The position numbers and the translations under genes are program-made. Below, one piece after another: positions 10,068 to 20,370 of a stretch of 64,000 nucleotides of DNA. The notes below the pieces were generated by a model. The model was given only the letters and a program-made list of their open reading frames with translations. It had not been told where the DNA came from and did not search any database. Origin of the DNA: an uncultured Clostridia bacterium. Its GTDB lineage: Bacteria; Bacillota; Clostridia; TANB77; CAG-508. Position 1 is the stretch's first letter; each line of letters starts with the position of its first letter. The stretch is from NCBI GenBank assembly GCA_947623865.1, contig CANQIC010000003.1:20209-84208 (forward strand). The letters are read 5' to 3'.

Positions 10068-11138
10068 TTATTTTAAGTTTTTCAAGATATTTCCCCATTT
10101 TTTTATTTTTAGTTTTAAATCTCTGTAAGCATATGCAAAGTGTTCAAATATAAAATATACGAATTTATTATATACTTTATATATTTCCATAAATTCTACT
10201 AACTCTGCATTAAATCCTTTTTTAAATCTATACAATCCCTCATTTTTGTTGTTTTCATCTATTGCACAAATTCCTCTAAAGTCATATACTTCACACTTAT
10301 CTTTTATTGCTTTTTTTATCATTTCCCATTGTAATAAATAATTTGGCATTAGATTTCTATGCTCATTTAAACTTCCTCCATATAAATACCATTGTTTGTT
10401 TCCATACATTATATTCATTACACATGCAATTGGTTTCCCGTTATATTCTGCAAACATAAGCTTTATATTATTTGGCATCATACTATCATAAATTAGTTCA
10501 AAATACTCTCTACTCCTTATATAAAAACCATCTCTTTCTCCTGTAACATCCATAATATTTTTAAATGTGTCTAAATCCTCTCTGGTTCCTTCCCTTAGAA
10601 CAATTCCTCTTTTGCTTGCTAATCTTATATTATATCTTGTTTTAGGATGAAAAGAATTAAAAATTTCTTCTTCTGTTTTTCCTTTTATATTTAATCTAAA
10701 AACATATCTTGGTTGCAACAGTTTTGTAACATCTCTAATTTTACCAACTATTTTAAAACCATTTTTTCTTGACATATCTTTGAAATTTTCATTTGTTTGT
10801 AATATATCTGGATCCATTTTTAACATAAATGCTTTATATTTTTTTGCTAGTTGATCTACTCTCTTTACTAATTTTGAAAAAGTTTCTTCATCATTTTCAT
10901 CGCATATAGGTCCTCTAGGTGCATACATTAAAGTATTTTTCAAATATGGTATTTTTCTAATTAATATACTTAGTGTTCCCTTTATCTCTCCATTTTTACC
11001 TCTTACAATTATTATCTCATTTTTCCAATCTTTTTTTATATTTGCCCATTTTTTTGATTGTGCATAATGACATCTATAATGTTTTTTTAAAAATTCATCA
11101 TATTCATCTAATTCTTCTTTTTTGTTTAATAATTCCAT
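10068..11138 (-). CDS. FemAB-family peptidoglycan interpeptide-bridge aminoacyltransferase (FemX-like)
   Basis: 356 aa. Typical FemAB N-terminus (FLKKHYRCHYAQSKKWANIK...YAPRGPI) and C-terminal GLYRFKKGF. Confidence 0.75.
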   Translation of the reverse strand: MELLNKKEELDEYDEFLKKHYRCHYAQSKKWANIKKDWKNEIIIVRGKNGEIKGTLSILIRKIPYLKNTLMYAPRGPICDENDEETFSKLVKRVDQLAKKYKAFMLKMDPDILQTNENFKDMSRKNGFKIVGKIRDVTKLLQPRYVFRLNIKGKTEEEIFNSFHPKTRYNIRLASKRGIVLREGTREDLDTFKNIMDVTGERDGFYIRSREYFELIYDSMMPNNIKLMFAEYNGKPIACVMNIMYGNKQWYLYGGSLNEHRNLMPNYLLQWEMIKKAIKDKCEVYDFRGICAIDENNKNEGLYRFKKGFNAELVEFMEIYKVYNKFVYFIFEHFAYAYRDLKLKIKKWGNILKNLK

Positions 11139-11277
11139 ATATTTTTCTTCCTTTCATTTTTATTTCATATAAATTTAATTACTGTAAAAGATATTATCAT
11201 AAAAATTTATTTTTGTACACATTTTTATACACTTATTTTTAATTTAATTTTGTGTACACTATTTATTAGGTGATTTT

Positions 11278-11457
11278 ATGGAAAAATTGGTTATAAAAAA
11301 TAATTTAAAAAATAATGATACTATAACTAGAACTATTCGTATGAGTGGAAAAACTTTTGATAGAATTAATCAACTTGCAGAAAAAAATAATCTCAGTTTT
11401 AATAGTGTAGTAAATCAAATTATTGAATATGGGTTAAATAATCTGAAAGAAAATTAA
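11278..11457 (+). CDS. 59-aa ribbon-helix-helix (CopG/Arc-like) DNA-binding protein, orphan
   Basis: Own call: MEKLVIKNNLKNNDTITRTIRMSGKTFDRINQLAEKNNLSFNSVVNQIIEYGLNNLKEN. RHH pattern (beta strand, then two helices). Confidence 0.5.
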   Translation: MEKLVIKNNLKNNDTITRTIRMSGKTFDRINQLAEKNNLSFNSVVNQIIEYGLNNLKEN

Positions 11458-11648
11458 ACTAAAAAAACACTAATTTAAATTTAGTGTCTTCTTAGTTTTT
11501 ATTAATAAAACTTTATAATTTATTTTCGTGTATATATTATTTACAAAATTGTCAATAGTTATTTTTGATATTTAAGATGTGTCCCAAATGGGACAAAAAT
11601 GTCTAATAGGTACTTTTCCTAATAATTATATTCTTGATATTCTTCCTT

Positions 11649-12180
11649 CTATATCCAATTTTCTACTTTACCCTTTGCACTATTTACCATACTTCCAACT
11701 ATTGCTAAACTATCATCTAATACATTACTACCTTTGCAAACTTTTTTTACTTGTGATGGAATAGAACCTAGTCCTGAACCTTCGTGTGTGGTAAACACTC
11801 TTATAGTTTTTCCAGTAAAATCTATATTTTTCATTGCAGTAACCATTTCTTCAGGCATTATTCCCCAATATACTGGTGCTCCTATATAAATTACTTCATA
11901 ATCTGAAATGTCTGGAACCTCACCTATTATAGGTGCTATCCCGGTTTGCTTGTCTTTGCTTTGCTTCTTCAATACATATATTATATACTGAATTATAAGG
12001 TTTAGCTGGTTCTACTTTAAATAAATCTGCTCCAGTAATATCTTTTATATATTCAGCTATTACTTCTGTATTTCCTTTATCAATATATCCTACTGAATAA
12101 TTTTCATCTGCTCTTGAAAAGTATATAACTAAACTTTTCTTATCCTTGTAACTTTCTTTTTTTCCTCCCAATGAACTCAT
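11649..12180 (-). CDS. Flavodoxin-like protein (176 aa after one +1 shift)
   Basis: ORFs 11920..12207 and 11649..11972 join at CGG 11941-11943. Start ATG at 12180 after AAAGGAGG. LVIYFS...YIGAPVYWG flavodoxin_4-like. Confidence 0.75.
11940..11943 (-). other. In-frame CGG +1 recoding site (CGGG)
   Basis: GCA AAC CGG G|ATA GCA CCT ATA gives A N (G) I A P I. The 0-frame stops at 11920. Confidence 0.7.
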
Positions 12181-12197
12181 TTTAAAATCCTCCTTTT

Positions 12198-12279
12198 GGG
12201 GAAACATTTCGCTCGGAGCAAAAAGTTTCTTGCCGTGGAGAAATCTCTCCTAGTGAAATGTTTCTACAAATTACAATTT
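12198..12279. repeat. Family C partial palindromic element ending in the family A-type terminus ACAAATTACAATTT
   Basis: GGGGAAACATTTCGCTCGGAGC... matches the reverse complement of the right end of the 47683-47822 element. Abuts the flavodoxin RBS. Confidence 0.6.
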
Positions 12280-12293
12280 ACAAAATAATATCA

Positions 12294-12330
12294 TAAAAGC
12301 AAGAAATTTTAAATAATTTCTTGCTTTTAC
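12294..12330 (-). terminator. Terminator downstream of the MMPL gene
   Basis: AAAAGCAAGAAATT-ttaaat-AATTTCTTGCTTTT with a T-run on the minus strand. Confidence 0.6.
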
Positions 12331-12360
12331 AGAATAATTTCATAAATTTAAAATCTACTT

Positions 12361-15300
12361 TTATTTATTTTTGTTTTTATTTTTAACTATTAATTTGTCA
12401 CAAGATGCAAGAACTGCTGGTAATAATGTTAAAATTAAAATTGTAGAACATAGAGTTCCTTCTGAAATTGTTTTACATATTTTTGCTGCAATAGCTGATG
12501 CAAAATTTGCAATAATTAAAGTTACTATAATAAGTATTGAACTTGAAGTTAATATAGTGTGTATTGACTTATTATATGAATCTATAATTGACTCTTTTAT
12601 TCCTTTATTTTTTCTGTGTTCAAGATAATATGATGTATATAAAATAGCATAATCAATAGTTGCACCCATTAATATACTTTGAACAATAAGTATTGAAATA
12701 AAATATACATTTTCTCCTATAATTGATAATATTCCCATTGTTAAATAAACTGCTGTCTGTATTATTAATACTAATATTACTGGTATAGTAATTGATTTAA
12801 ATGTAATTACTACTACTATAAATATTGCTATAATTGTTATTATTGTTATTGAGTTTAATTCATTATCAAAAGTTTGACTTATTTCATAAGCCATAGGAGA
12901 ATCTCCTATTATATAGAAATCCTTCAATTCTTTTCCTAACATATCTTTTGCATTTTTTATAAATTCAAAGGTTTCTGGTGATTCTAAATCAAATTTTGTA
13001 TTTAGTACTATTCTTGAATAATTATCACCTATTAATAATTCTTTTGCATCTTTTATTTTTGTTTTTGCTTCTTTTATATCATTTCTCATATCATCTTCTA
13101 TAAAATCTGTAAATCGTTCATCTTGCAAAATCTCATTATTAAGAAAATTTACAAATTCTTCTACTGTCATTTTCCATTCATTATTATACTGTCTATCACT
13201 ACCATAATAAGTGTAAAGAATTTCTATTGTATTTTTTTCTACATCATCGCTTAAATTACTAATAATAGCAAATATTTCGTCTGCATTATATTCTGTATTA
13301 TTTATAGTAGCATTCATAATGCTATTTACTGTATTTAGTTTTGATATTTGTTCCTCATCAAAATTGCTTGAATATTCTTTATTAGTAACTACATCTTTAA
13401 GTAAAAAATTAATGAATTCTTTTAATGATATACTTGGATTATTATTTATATATTTAGAGTTATATAAACCATAAAGTAGATTTGTTTCCTCTTTATTTAT
13501 TCCTAATAATGAAGATAATTCGCTACTACTGTATTTTTTATTATTTATAACTCCATTCATAACCGATTGAACTAGTTTCAAATCCTTAATTGTACTATTT
13601 GTTATTTTGTTTGCAAGTGTACTATCATTTTTATGTGTAAGTACAAAATCTGTAAATTCTTGTGGTGTTAAAGTTTTATTATTTTGACTTGAAACATATA
13701 AAGTATATATGTTTTTTGTATTATTGCTATCTATACCTATCTTTTTCGAAAGTTCCTTATAAGTATATTTTGTATTGTTTATACTACTTGTCATAACAGT
13801 AGATAATAATTTTAGTTGTTGTATTGTAGCTTCATCAATACTATTTTTTATATTTTCATTACTACTATTATTTAATATTATTTTTACAAATTCATTAGGT
13901 GTAGCCATCCAATTCTTTATATTTCCTGTAGTATAATCAATCAAATTGTATAATTGATACATCTGATTTACATCTTTTCCTAATATTTTTGACATCTCAA
14001 TAGCTGTATATTTAGTTTTATCATTTAGTAATTCTGTATTTCCCATTAGTTTTTTTAATGCAGTCGTATCAGTGTTATCTAAATAATGTGTATTGGCTTT
14101 GATATTATTTATATAGTTTATAAATTCTAATATTGTATACTTACTTTCATTTTTTTCTTTAATATATTTTAAAAGTAAAATTTGATTAATCTTTGTTTTA
14201 TCTATACCAAATAAATTAGCTAATTCTTGGGAATACATTTGTTTATTAATTGTATTTAAATTACTAAATTTTGCTAATAGTTTTATATCTTGAACTGTTT
14301 TATTGTCAAAACTATTTGCATAATTACTATCTTTTAATATATCATTTAATACAAAAGTTGAGAACTCTGAAATTGTCATTTTTATATCAATGTCATTTAC
14401 AAGAATATAATATTTATATAATTCATTCATTGTATTACTATCAATTCCAAAAATTTTAGCCATTTCATTACTTGTCATCTTTTTATGTACTGTTTTCTTA
14501 CTTGTAAATTTTGATAAAGTATTTAATTTAGTTTTATTTTCAGAATCAATTTTAACCCCATATTTTTCATTTGTTAAAACATCTCTATTCATAAAGTCAA
14601 TAAATTCATTTAAGGTAATCTTTGTATTGTTATTTTTAGATAGATAATAAATAAAAATGTCATCTATTTTACTTTTATCAATTTCTAATATACCTGCTAT
14701 ATCACTTGATGTTCTTTTTTTATTTATAGAAGATACTGTAACAAAGTTTTTTAATCGTGTAATGTCTTTTCTTGTTTTATCATCGATTTTTTTACTTGTT
14801 TTTTCGTTGTTATATGCTTCTTCTTCAATAAAGTTGATAAAATCATTGAACGTCATTGTATTTTTTTTATCTTTGTTATAATAATCATAATACAATATTT
14901 TTAATAAATAATCTTCTACATTAACATTTGAGCCTAAATCATTTAACTTGTCATTTAATTTATCATATGTTAATTTTTCATTAATTGTATTTCCATAACC
15001 TAAAACTTCATCTATTTTTTCTTCATTTTCAAGTTCTTTTAAATATTTTGAAATTTCATCTTCATCTTTATTTTTATATATAATAGCTATTTGATTATTT
15101 TCATCAAATACTTCATTTATTTCATCTGTTTGTGAGTCTGTATAATTAATTCCAAGATTTCCTTTTAATGCAAAACTTGCAATAAATATTATGAGAAAAA
15201 CAGGAACTGCAATAAACCTAATTTTATAACTAAACTTTCCTAATTTATCTAATTTAATAGTAGGACTTTTCTTTTTTGTTTTTACTATCCACTTATCAAA

Positions 15301-16221
15301 CATTAATATTAAAGATGGAAGTACAAAAAATATACAAATCAGGCTAAACAATACACCCTTTGCCAAAACAAATCCTAAATCTTTTCCAATTTTAAAGCTC
15401 ATAAATACTAATGCTAAAAGTCCAACTATTGTTGTAACAGAGCTACTTGATATAGCTTGAAATGCTTTATATAAAGCATTTTTCATTGCTTTTATTTTAT
15501 CTCTTTCTATTTGCTTTTCTTGATCATATCTGTTCATTAACATTATAGAATAATCCATTGATAATGCCATCTGTAATATTGCTACTATTGAATTTGTAAT
15601 GTTTGATACATTTGGAAATATAATATTTGTTCCTTTATTTAGAACTACTGCCATTAGTATAGAAGTTAAAAATAAAAATGGTTCTACATAAGATTCACAC
15701 ATTATAAGTAAAATAACTAAAGCACATGCAACTGCAAGTACAACAATCCAAAATGGTAATACTGTTTTATTAATTTCAGATACATCTCCACTTGTATAAA
15801 TTGTATAATCTTTATATTTTTCTGTTATTTGATTATATACATCAGTAGCCTTTTGTGAATCAGATTTGTCATCTACTGTAATAACATATAATGTGTAGTT
15901 TTCTTTGTTATAATTTTCATTGTTCTCATAATCTACACTTTCAACTCCATCTATTGATTCTAAATCATTTTTTATTTCTAACTTTTTGTTATCTACCAAA
16001 TTTTCAAACATTAAATTTAGACTGCTTGTTTCAGTTCCTGAAAATTCTTCTTCCATAATATCCATACCAATTCTTGTTTCTGAAGTGTCTGGTAAATACT
16101 TAGCTATATCATAATTAATTTTTACTTTTGATGATAATATGGCTGAAATTATTGTAAAAACAATAAATAGAACCAAAATAAAATGTCTTTTATTTATTAT
16201 AAAGTCTGTAATTTTTCTCAA
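12361..16221 (-). CDS. MMPL/RND-superfamily membrane transporter with a large tandem-repeat extracytoplasmic insert
   Basis: 1286 aa. Two multi-TM MMPL-like blocks flank ~600 aa made of 7-8 repeats of ~75 aa (pattern T..EF..F....... then ...IN.K.Y...E...L.GID......LY..Y). Confidence 0.75.
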   Translation of the reverse strand: MRKITDFIINKRHFILVLFIVFTIISAILSSKVKINYDIAKYLPDTSETRIGMDIMEEEFSGTETSSLNLMFENLVDNKKLEIKNDLESIDGVESVDYENNENYNKENYTLYVITVDDKSDSQKATDVYNQITEKYKDYTIYTSGDVSEINKTVLPFWIVVLAVACALVILLIMCESYVEPFLFLTSILMAVVLNKGTNIIFPNVSNITNSIVAILQMALSMDYSIMLMNRYDQEKQIERDKIKAMKNALYKAFQAISSSSVTTIVGLLALVFMSFKIGKDLGFVLAKGVLFSLICIFFVLPSLILMFDKWIVKTKKKSPTIKLDKLGKFSYKIRFIAVPVFLIIFIASFALKGNLGINYTDSQTDEINEVFDENNQIAIIYKNKDEDEISKYLKELENEEKIDEVLGYGNTINEKLTYDKLNDKLNDLGSNVNVEDYLLKILYYDYYNKDKKNTMTFNDFINFIEEEAYNNEKTSKKIDDKTRKDITRLKNFVTVSSINKKRTSSDIAGILEIDKSKIDDIFIYYLSKNNNTKITLNEFIDFMNRDVLTNEKYGVKIDSENKTKLNTLSKFTSKKTVHKKMTSNEMAKIFGIDSNTMNELYKYYILVNDIDIKMTISEFSTFVLNDILKDSNYANSFDNKTVQDIKLLAKFSNLNTINKQMYSQELANLFGIDKTKINQILLLKYIKEKNESKYTILEFINYINNIKANTHYLDNTDTTALKKLMGNTELLNDKTKYTAIEMSKILGKDVNQMYQLYNLIDYTTGNIKNWMATPNEFVKIILNNSSNENIKNSIDEATIQQLKLLSTVMTSSINNTKYTYKELSKKIGIDSNNTKNIYTLYVSSQNNKTLTPQEFTDFVLTHKNDSTLANKITNSTIKDLKLVQSVMNGVINNKKYSSSELSSLLGINKEETNLLYGLYNSKYINNNPSISLKEFINFLLKDVVTNKEYSSNFDEEQISKLNTVNSIMNATINNTEYNADEIFAIISNLSDDVEKNTIEILYTYYGSDRQYNNEWKMTVEEFVNFLNNEILQDERFTDFIEDDMRNDIKEAKTKIKDAKELLIGDNYSRIVLNTKFDLESPETFEFIKNAKDMLGKELKDFYIIGDSPMAYEISQTFDNELNSITIITIIAIFIVVVITFKSITIPVILVLIIQTAVYLTMGILSIIGENVYFISILIVQSILMGATIDYAILYTSYYLEHRKNKGIKESIIDSYNKSIHTILTSSSILIIVTLIIANFASAIAAKICKTISEGTLCSTILILTLLPAVLASCDKLIVKNKNKNK

Positions 16222-16401
16222 AGTAAATCCTTCCCTTCTTTTTGGTCTGCATTACATTATATTCTCATTATTATTCAAATGAAAGTATAAACTTGATAAA
16301 AGTGTCTGAATTTAGACACTTTTATCAAAATTGTCTTTTTATTATAATAAAACTGTGTTACAATGTTTTATATATCGTTTTTTTATAGAAAGGACCCCAT
16401 T

Positions 16402-16953
16402 ATGAAAGTACAATGTCTAAATTCTTCTTCTGTTAAAACAAGAAATTTAATTAAAAAAACTTTTGCTGAATTAATTAATGAAAAAAAACAATTAGATAAA
16501 ATAACTGTTACAGAACTAGTTAAAAGAGCAGAATTAACTAGAAGTACATTTTATACACATTACGATAATATATATGAAGTAGCTCATGACTATCAACTAC
16601 AAACAATTGAACTTTTATGTAGTGAAGATTTGAAATTATATTCAAGACAAGATATCATGAATTATTTTGATAATATTATACAATGTTTAAAAGATAATGA
16701 AGAAACATATAAATTACTATTATCTGCTGATGAATCTCTTTTGTTTTTAGAAAAATTAAAGAAAATCGCTAGTCAAAAAATTTATAATGCCTTAAAGGAT
16801 AACTATATGAATAAATATCTTGACCTTAATATTTCATTTTTTATGAATGGAATTTTAATGGAATTTTTAAAATATTTTAGAAATGAGAGTCATTATTCTT
16901 TAGATGAATTATTATTTAATATGAAAAAATGGTTTGAAAAAATATTTAATTAA
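16402..16953 (+). CDS. TetR/AcrR-family transcriptional regulator
   Basis: N-terminal HTH (ITVTELVKRAELTRSTFYTHY). ATG at 16402 after GAAAGGA. Divergent from the MMPL gene. Confidence 0.8.
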   Translation: MKVQCLNSSSVKTRNLIKKTFAELINEKKQLDKITVTELVKRAELTRSTFYTHYDNIYEVAHDYQLQTIELLCSEDLKLYSRQDIMNYFDNIIQCLKDNEETYKLLLSADESLLFLEKLKKIASQKIYNALKDNYMNKYLDLNISFFMNGILMEFLKYFRNESHYSLDELLFNMKKWFEKIFN

Positions 16954-17047
16954 TTTCAAAGCAAATAAGTTACAATTTATGCAATTTTTTATTAGATAAT
17001 AATACAAGAGCAAGAAATTATCAATTAATCTCTTGCTCTTTTAAAAT

Positions 17048-17587
17048 TTATTGTAAAACTTTATCTACATATTTTACGAAAATTACACTTTCTATTAAAT
17101 CAATTATTGAATACATCAGCATTATTATTCCTATCGCTGAAATTAATGCTCCATTGTTAAATATCATATACAAGCCTCCAATTATCATTATAACTGATAA
17201 AATTAAAGATGTACTCCAAATATTTATTTTAGCATTATGTAATTTTAACGATAAAGACAATCTTAGTAGCCCACTATATATTATCCAAATTCCTATCATA
17301 ATTCTAAATATTGATTCTATTAAACTTATATAAAATATTGTAATTAGACCAATTATTATAGTAATAATTCCATAAAGTAAATCATTATTATAAAAATCAC
17401 TATTTCCTTTTGAAATAAAATAATTTATAATCTTAATTACCCCAATAGCAATAAAACATCCTCCTAGTATATATGATATTACTTTAATTGCTGAGTCTGT
17501 ATTTATTATCATAAAAATACCAATAATAGCAAATACAGCAGATAATAATACGTTTGTCCATCCACTTTTTTTCAAAAAATCCTTCAT
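17048..17587 (-). CDS. DUF308/HdeD-like small multi-TM membrane protein
   Basis: 179 aa with repeated TM pairs (GWT..L.G...I.GI). Confidence 0.5.
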   Translation of the reverse strand: MKDFLKKSGWTNVLLSAVFAIIGIFMIINTDSAIKVISYILGGCFIAIGVIKIINYFISKGNSDFYNNDLLYGIITIIIGLITIFYISLIESIFRIMIGIWIIYSGLLRLSLSLKLHNAKINIWSTSLILSVIMIIGGLYMIFNNGALISAIGIIMLMYSIIDLIESVIFVKYVDKVLQ

Positions 17588-17614
17588 AATTTTCTACCTC
17601 CATTTTTCCCTATT

Positions 17615-18574
17615 TTATTCTTGTACTTTGTTTGTAATTTCTTCTAAGTTTAATAATTCTTCCCACCTTTTATCCACTTCTTTTTGAAATTCTTCTATCA
17701 TCCATTCATTGCCTGGTTTAAACATATGTTTAAATCTTTTTTGTGGTTTTAGGAATTCTTCTATTGGTAGTTTATTTTTTGGTTTATAATTTATAGTATA
17801 TTTTCCATCAATTACTTCATATAGTGGCCAATAACATGTTTCTACTGCTAATTTATTAATTTTCATTAAATCCTCTGTGTTATATCCCCATCCTCTTGGG
17901 CATGGTGCAAGTACATTTAAGAATGCTGGCCCTTCTGTATATATTGCCTTTTCTGATTTTTCATATAAATCTTTAAAATTATTTACTGCTATTGTTTGAG
18001 CAACATATGGAATATGATGGTTTGCAATAATATTAGTTAAATCTTTTCTTGCTTGCATCTTACCTGGAATAATTTTTCCAGCTGGTGATGTAGTTGTATC
18101 TGCAAATTTTGGAGTCGCTGATGAACGTTGAACTCCAGTATTCATATATGCACCATTATCATAGCATACATAAACCATATCATGTCCTCTTTCCATTGCT
18201 CCTGATAAACTTTGTAATCCTATATCATATGTTCCACCATCTCCACCAAATGCTATAAATTTAGTAGTTTGGTCTTCTGGAATTTTTCCTTTTCTTTTTA
18301 GTGCTTTATATGCTGCTTCTGCTCCTGAAACATTTGCTGCTGCACACTCAAATGCTGTATGTATAAATGAATCTGTCCATGATGTATATGGGTATATAAA
18401 TGTTGAAACTTCCATACATCCTGTTGCTACACTAATTATTGCATGATCTTCTGGCTTTAATGCTCGAAGTACCATCCTTGCTACCGGTGGTGCACCACAA
18501 CCAGCACACATTCTATGACCTGCTGTAAATCTGGATGGTTTTTCTGCTACTACTTGTTTTAAATTATATGGCAT
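17615..18574 (-). CDS. porB: 2-oxoacid:ferredoxin oxidoreductase beta subunit (TPP-binding)
   Basis: CAGCGAP Cys motif and GGDGGTYDIG TPP motif, 319 aa. Pyruvate versus other 2-oxoacid specificity cannot be determined from sequence alone. Confidence 0.85.
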   Translation of the reverse strand: MPYNLKQVVAEKPSRFTAGHRMCAGCGAPPVARMVLRALKPEDHAIISVATGCMEVSTFIYPYTSWTDSFIHTAFECAAANVSGAEAAYKALKRKGKIPEDQTTKFIAFGGDGGTYDIGLQSLSGAMERGHDMVYVCYDNGAYMNTGVQRSSATPKFADTTTSPAGKIIPGKMQARKDLTNIIANHHIPYVAQTIAVNNFKDLYEKSEKAIYTEGPAFLNVLAPCPRGWGYNTEDLMKINKLAVETCYWPLYEVIDGKYTINYKPKNKLPIEEFLKPQKRFKHMFKPGNEWMIEEFQKEVDKRWEELLNLEEITNKVQE

Positions 18575-18578
18575 TGTT

Positions 18579-19760
18579 TTACCTCCTTAATCCTAAATAT
18601 CTATATGGATCTTCTACATTCCCTGTTTTTGCTATTTTTTGTAAATCTTCATATACTTTTTTTATATCATCTGCTTTTGTATCTCTTCCACCAATTCCAT
18701 ATATGTAATTTATCATTGGAACTTGTTTTTTATTTACATACATTGCAGATGTTACATCTTCAAATAATGCTCCACCAGCTGCATTTAAAGAATCTGCTTT
18801 ATCTAAAACAGCAACTGCTTTTACATTCTCTAAGGCCTTTGCTATTTCTTCTGCTGGGAATGGTCTAAATACTCTTAATTTTAATAATCCTGCTTTTATT
18901 CCTTTTTCTCTTAAAGAGTCTACAACAAATTTTGTTGTTCCTGCTGTTGAGTTCATACATACTATTGCTATCTCGCTATCTTCTAATTTATATTCCTCAA
19001 AGAAAGAATATTTTCTTCCTGTCATTTTTTCAAATTCATTTGCTACTTCTAAAATTATTTTTTTAGCATTTTTCATGGCTTCTGCCTGTTGTGCCTTATG
19101 TTCAAATAAATAGCTTTGCAAATCTAATGGTCCAATTGCTATTGGGTTATCCTTATTTAAAAGATATTCATCTGGTTTGTATTCTCCTATGAATTTTTTA
19201 ACTTTATCATCTTCTATTAATTCAATGTTTTCAATAGAGTGTGATGTTATAAATCCATCTTGGCATACCATTAATGGTAATTTTACATCTTTATTTTCTG
19301 CAATTCTATGTGCCATTATTAAATTGTCATAAGCTTCTTGATTGTTTTCTGAAAATAGCATTATCCATCCAGCATCTCTAACTCCCATAGCATCTGAATG
19401 ATCATTATGTATGTTAAGTGGTCCTGATACTGCTCTATTTACTAAAGACATTACAATTGGGAGTCTTAAGCTTGATGCTATATAAACCATTTCCCACATT
19501 AGTGATAATCCATTTGCAGATGTTGCAGTCATTGCTCTTCCTCCTGCTGCTTCTGCACCAATTGTCGCTGCCATTGCACTATGTTCACTTTCTACTGCTA
19601 CAAATTCTGTATCTACATCTCCATTACTCACAAAACTTGAAAAGTATTGTGGTATTTCTGTTGATGGTGTTATAGGAAAAGCTGCTACTACATCTGGATT
19701 TATTTGTTTCATTGCAATAGCTGCTGCTTCATTACCACTTAAACGTTCTCTAATTGACAT
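18579..19760 (-). CDS. porA: 2-oxoacid:ferredoxin oxidoreductase alpha subunit
   Basis: 393 aa, N-terminal GNEAAA...FPITPSTEI typical of POR/VOR alpha. Confidence 0.85.
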   Translation of the reverse strand: MSIRERLSGNEAAAIAMKQINPDVVAAFPITPSTEIPQYFSSFVSNGDVDTEFVAVESEHSAMAATIGAEAAGGRAMTATSANGLSLMWEMVYIASSLRLPIVMSLVNRAVSGPLNIHNDHSDAMGVRDAGWIMLFSENNQEAYDNLIMAHRIAENKDVKLPLMVCQDGFITSHSIENIELIEDDKVKKFIGEYKPDEYLLNKDNPIAIGPLDLQSYLFEHKAQQAEAMKNAKKIILEVANEFEKMTGRKYSFFEEYKLEDSEIAIVCMNSTAGTTKFVVDSLREKGIKAGLLKLRVFRPFPAEEIAKALENVKAVAVLDKADSLNAAGGALFEDVTSAMYVNKKQVPMINYIYGIGGRDTKADDIKKVYEDLQKIAKTGNVEDPYRYLGLRR

Positions 19761-19793
19761 TTTATTTCCTCCCTATTAATTAATTTGTTACTT

Positions 19794-19826
19794 TTTTCGG
19801 GTCGCCCAGGGGTGCACCCCCTACAC
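19794..19826. repeat. Family D GC-rich palindromic unit (TTTTCGGG...CCCCTACA)
   Basis: Contains the perfect 12-bp palindrome GGGGTGCACCCC (19809-19820). Shares termini with the units at 20287-20357. Confidence 0.6.
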
Positions 19827-19832
19827 TTTTTT

Positions 19833-19959
19833 GTAAAACAAATCAAAAACGAGTAATGCTAGGCAAACAAATAAAAATTTTTGAAACTATACGTGCTGTA
19901 TGTTGAAAAAATTTTTATGCAGTTTAACGACGCAGTACGAAGTTTTTCATTTGTTTTAC
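19833..19959. repeat. Family B long imperfect palindrome (~110-127 bp), copy 1 of 5
   Basis: GTAAAACAAATCAAAAACGAGTAATGCTAGGCAAACAAATAAAAATTTTTGAAACTATACG ... CGAAGTTTTTCATTTGTTTTAC. The terminal arm contains the porD stop codon (19956-19958). Confidence 0.8.
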
Positions 19960-20237
19960 TCCATAGAAATTGCACCAAACGGACAAACTTTAGCACAAAC
20001 TCCACATCCTTTGCAATAATCATAATTAAAATCTGTTCTCTTTTGATCTTTTCCTACTGGAATTGCATCATCCGGACATACAGGAAAACACATTCCACAT
20101 TGTTTACATTTTTCTGATAAATAAATTGGCTTTGTGCTTCTCCAATCTCCAGTTTTAAATTCTCTTGCATTTCCAGCATTATATATATCTCCGCCTGGAG
20201 TTAAGTCTTCCATTGGAGTTGTTGAATTTATATTCAT
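19956..20237 (-). CDS. porD: 2-oxoacid:ferredoxin oxidoreductase delta subunit (2x[4Fe-4S])
   Basis: CKQCGMCFPVCP and CKGCGVCAKVCP cluster motifs, 93 aa. Confidence 0.85.
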   Translation of the reverse strand: MNINSTTPMEDLTPGGDIYNAGNAREFKTGDWRSTKPIYLSEKCKQCGMCFPVCPDDAIPVGKDQKRTDFNYDYCKGCGVCAKVCPFGAISME

Positions 20238-20286
20238 AACTAATCTCCTTTCTATTTTAATGTATATTAAGATTTATTTTTATTGT

Positions 20287-20357
20287 GTAGGGGCAAAATC
20301 TATTTTTGCCCCTACCAGACATTGAATTTTCGGGCAGATATGGAATCTGCCCCTACA
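20287..20357. repeat. Family D palindromic units (two hairpins)
   Basis: GTAGGGGCAAAA-tctat-TTTTGCCCCTAC and TTTTCGGGCAGAT-atgga-ATCTGCCCCTACA, between porD and porG. Confidence 0.6.
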
Positions 20358-20370
20358 TTACATATTCGTT

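Noticed and set aside
11545-11575. Fourth AACTATTGACAA motif as a promoter for the FemX-like gene.
   Set aside because: There is no acceptable -10 hexamer at 16-18-nt spacing (TACACG or ATACAC), and it would have to read antisense through the RHH gene. Not annotated as a promoter.
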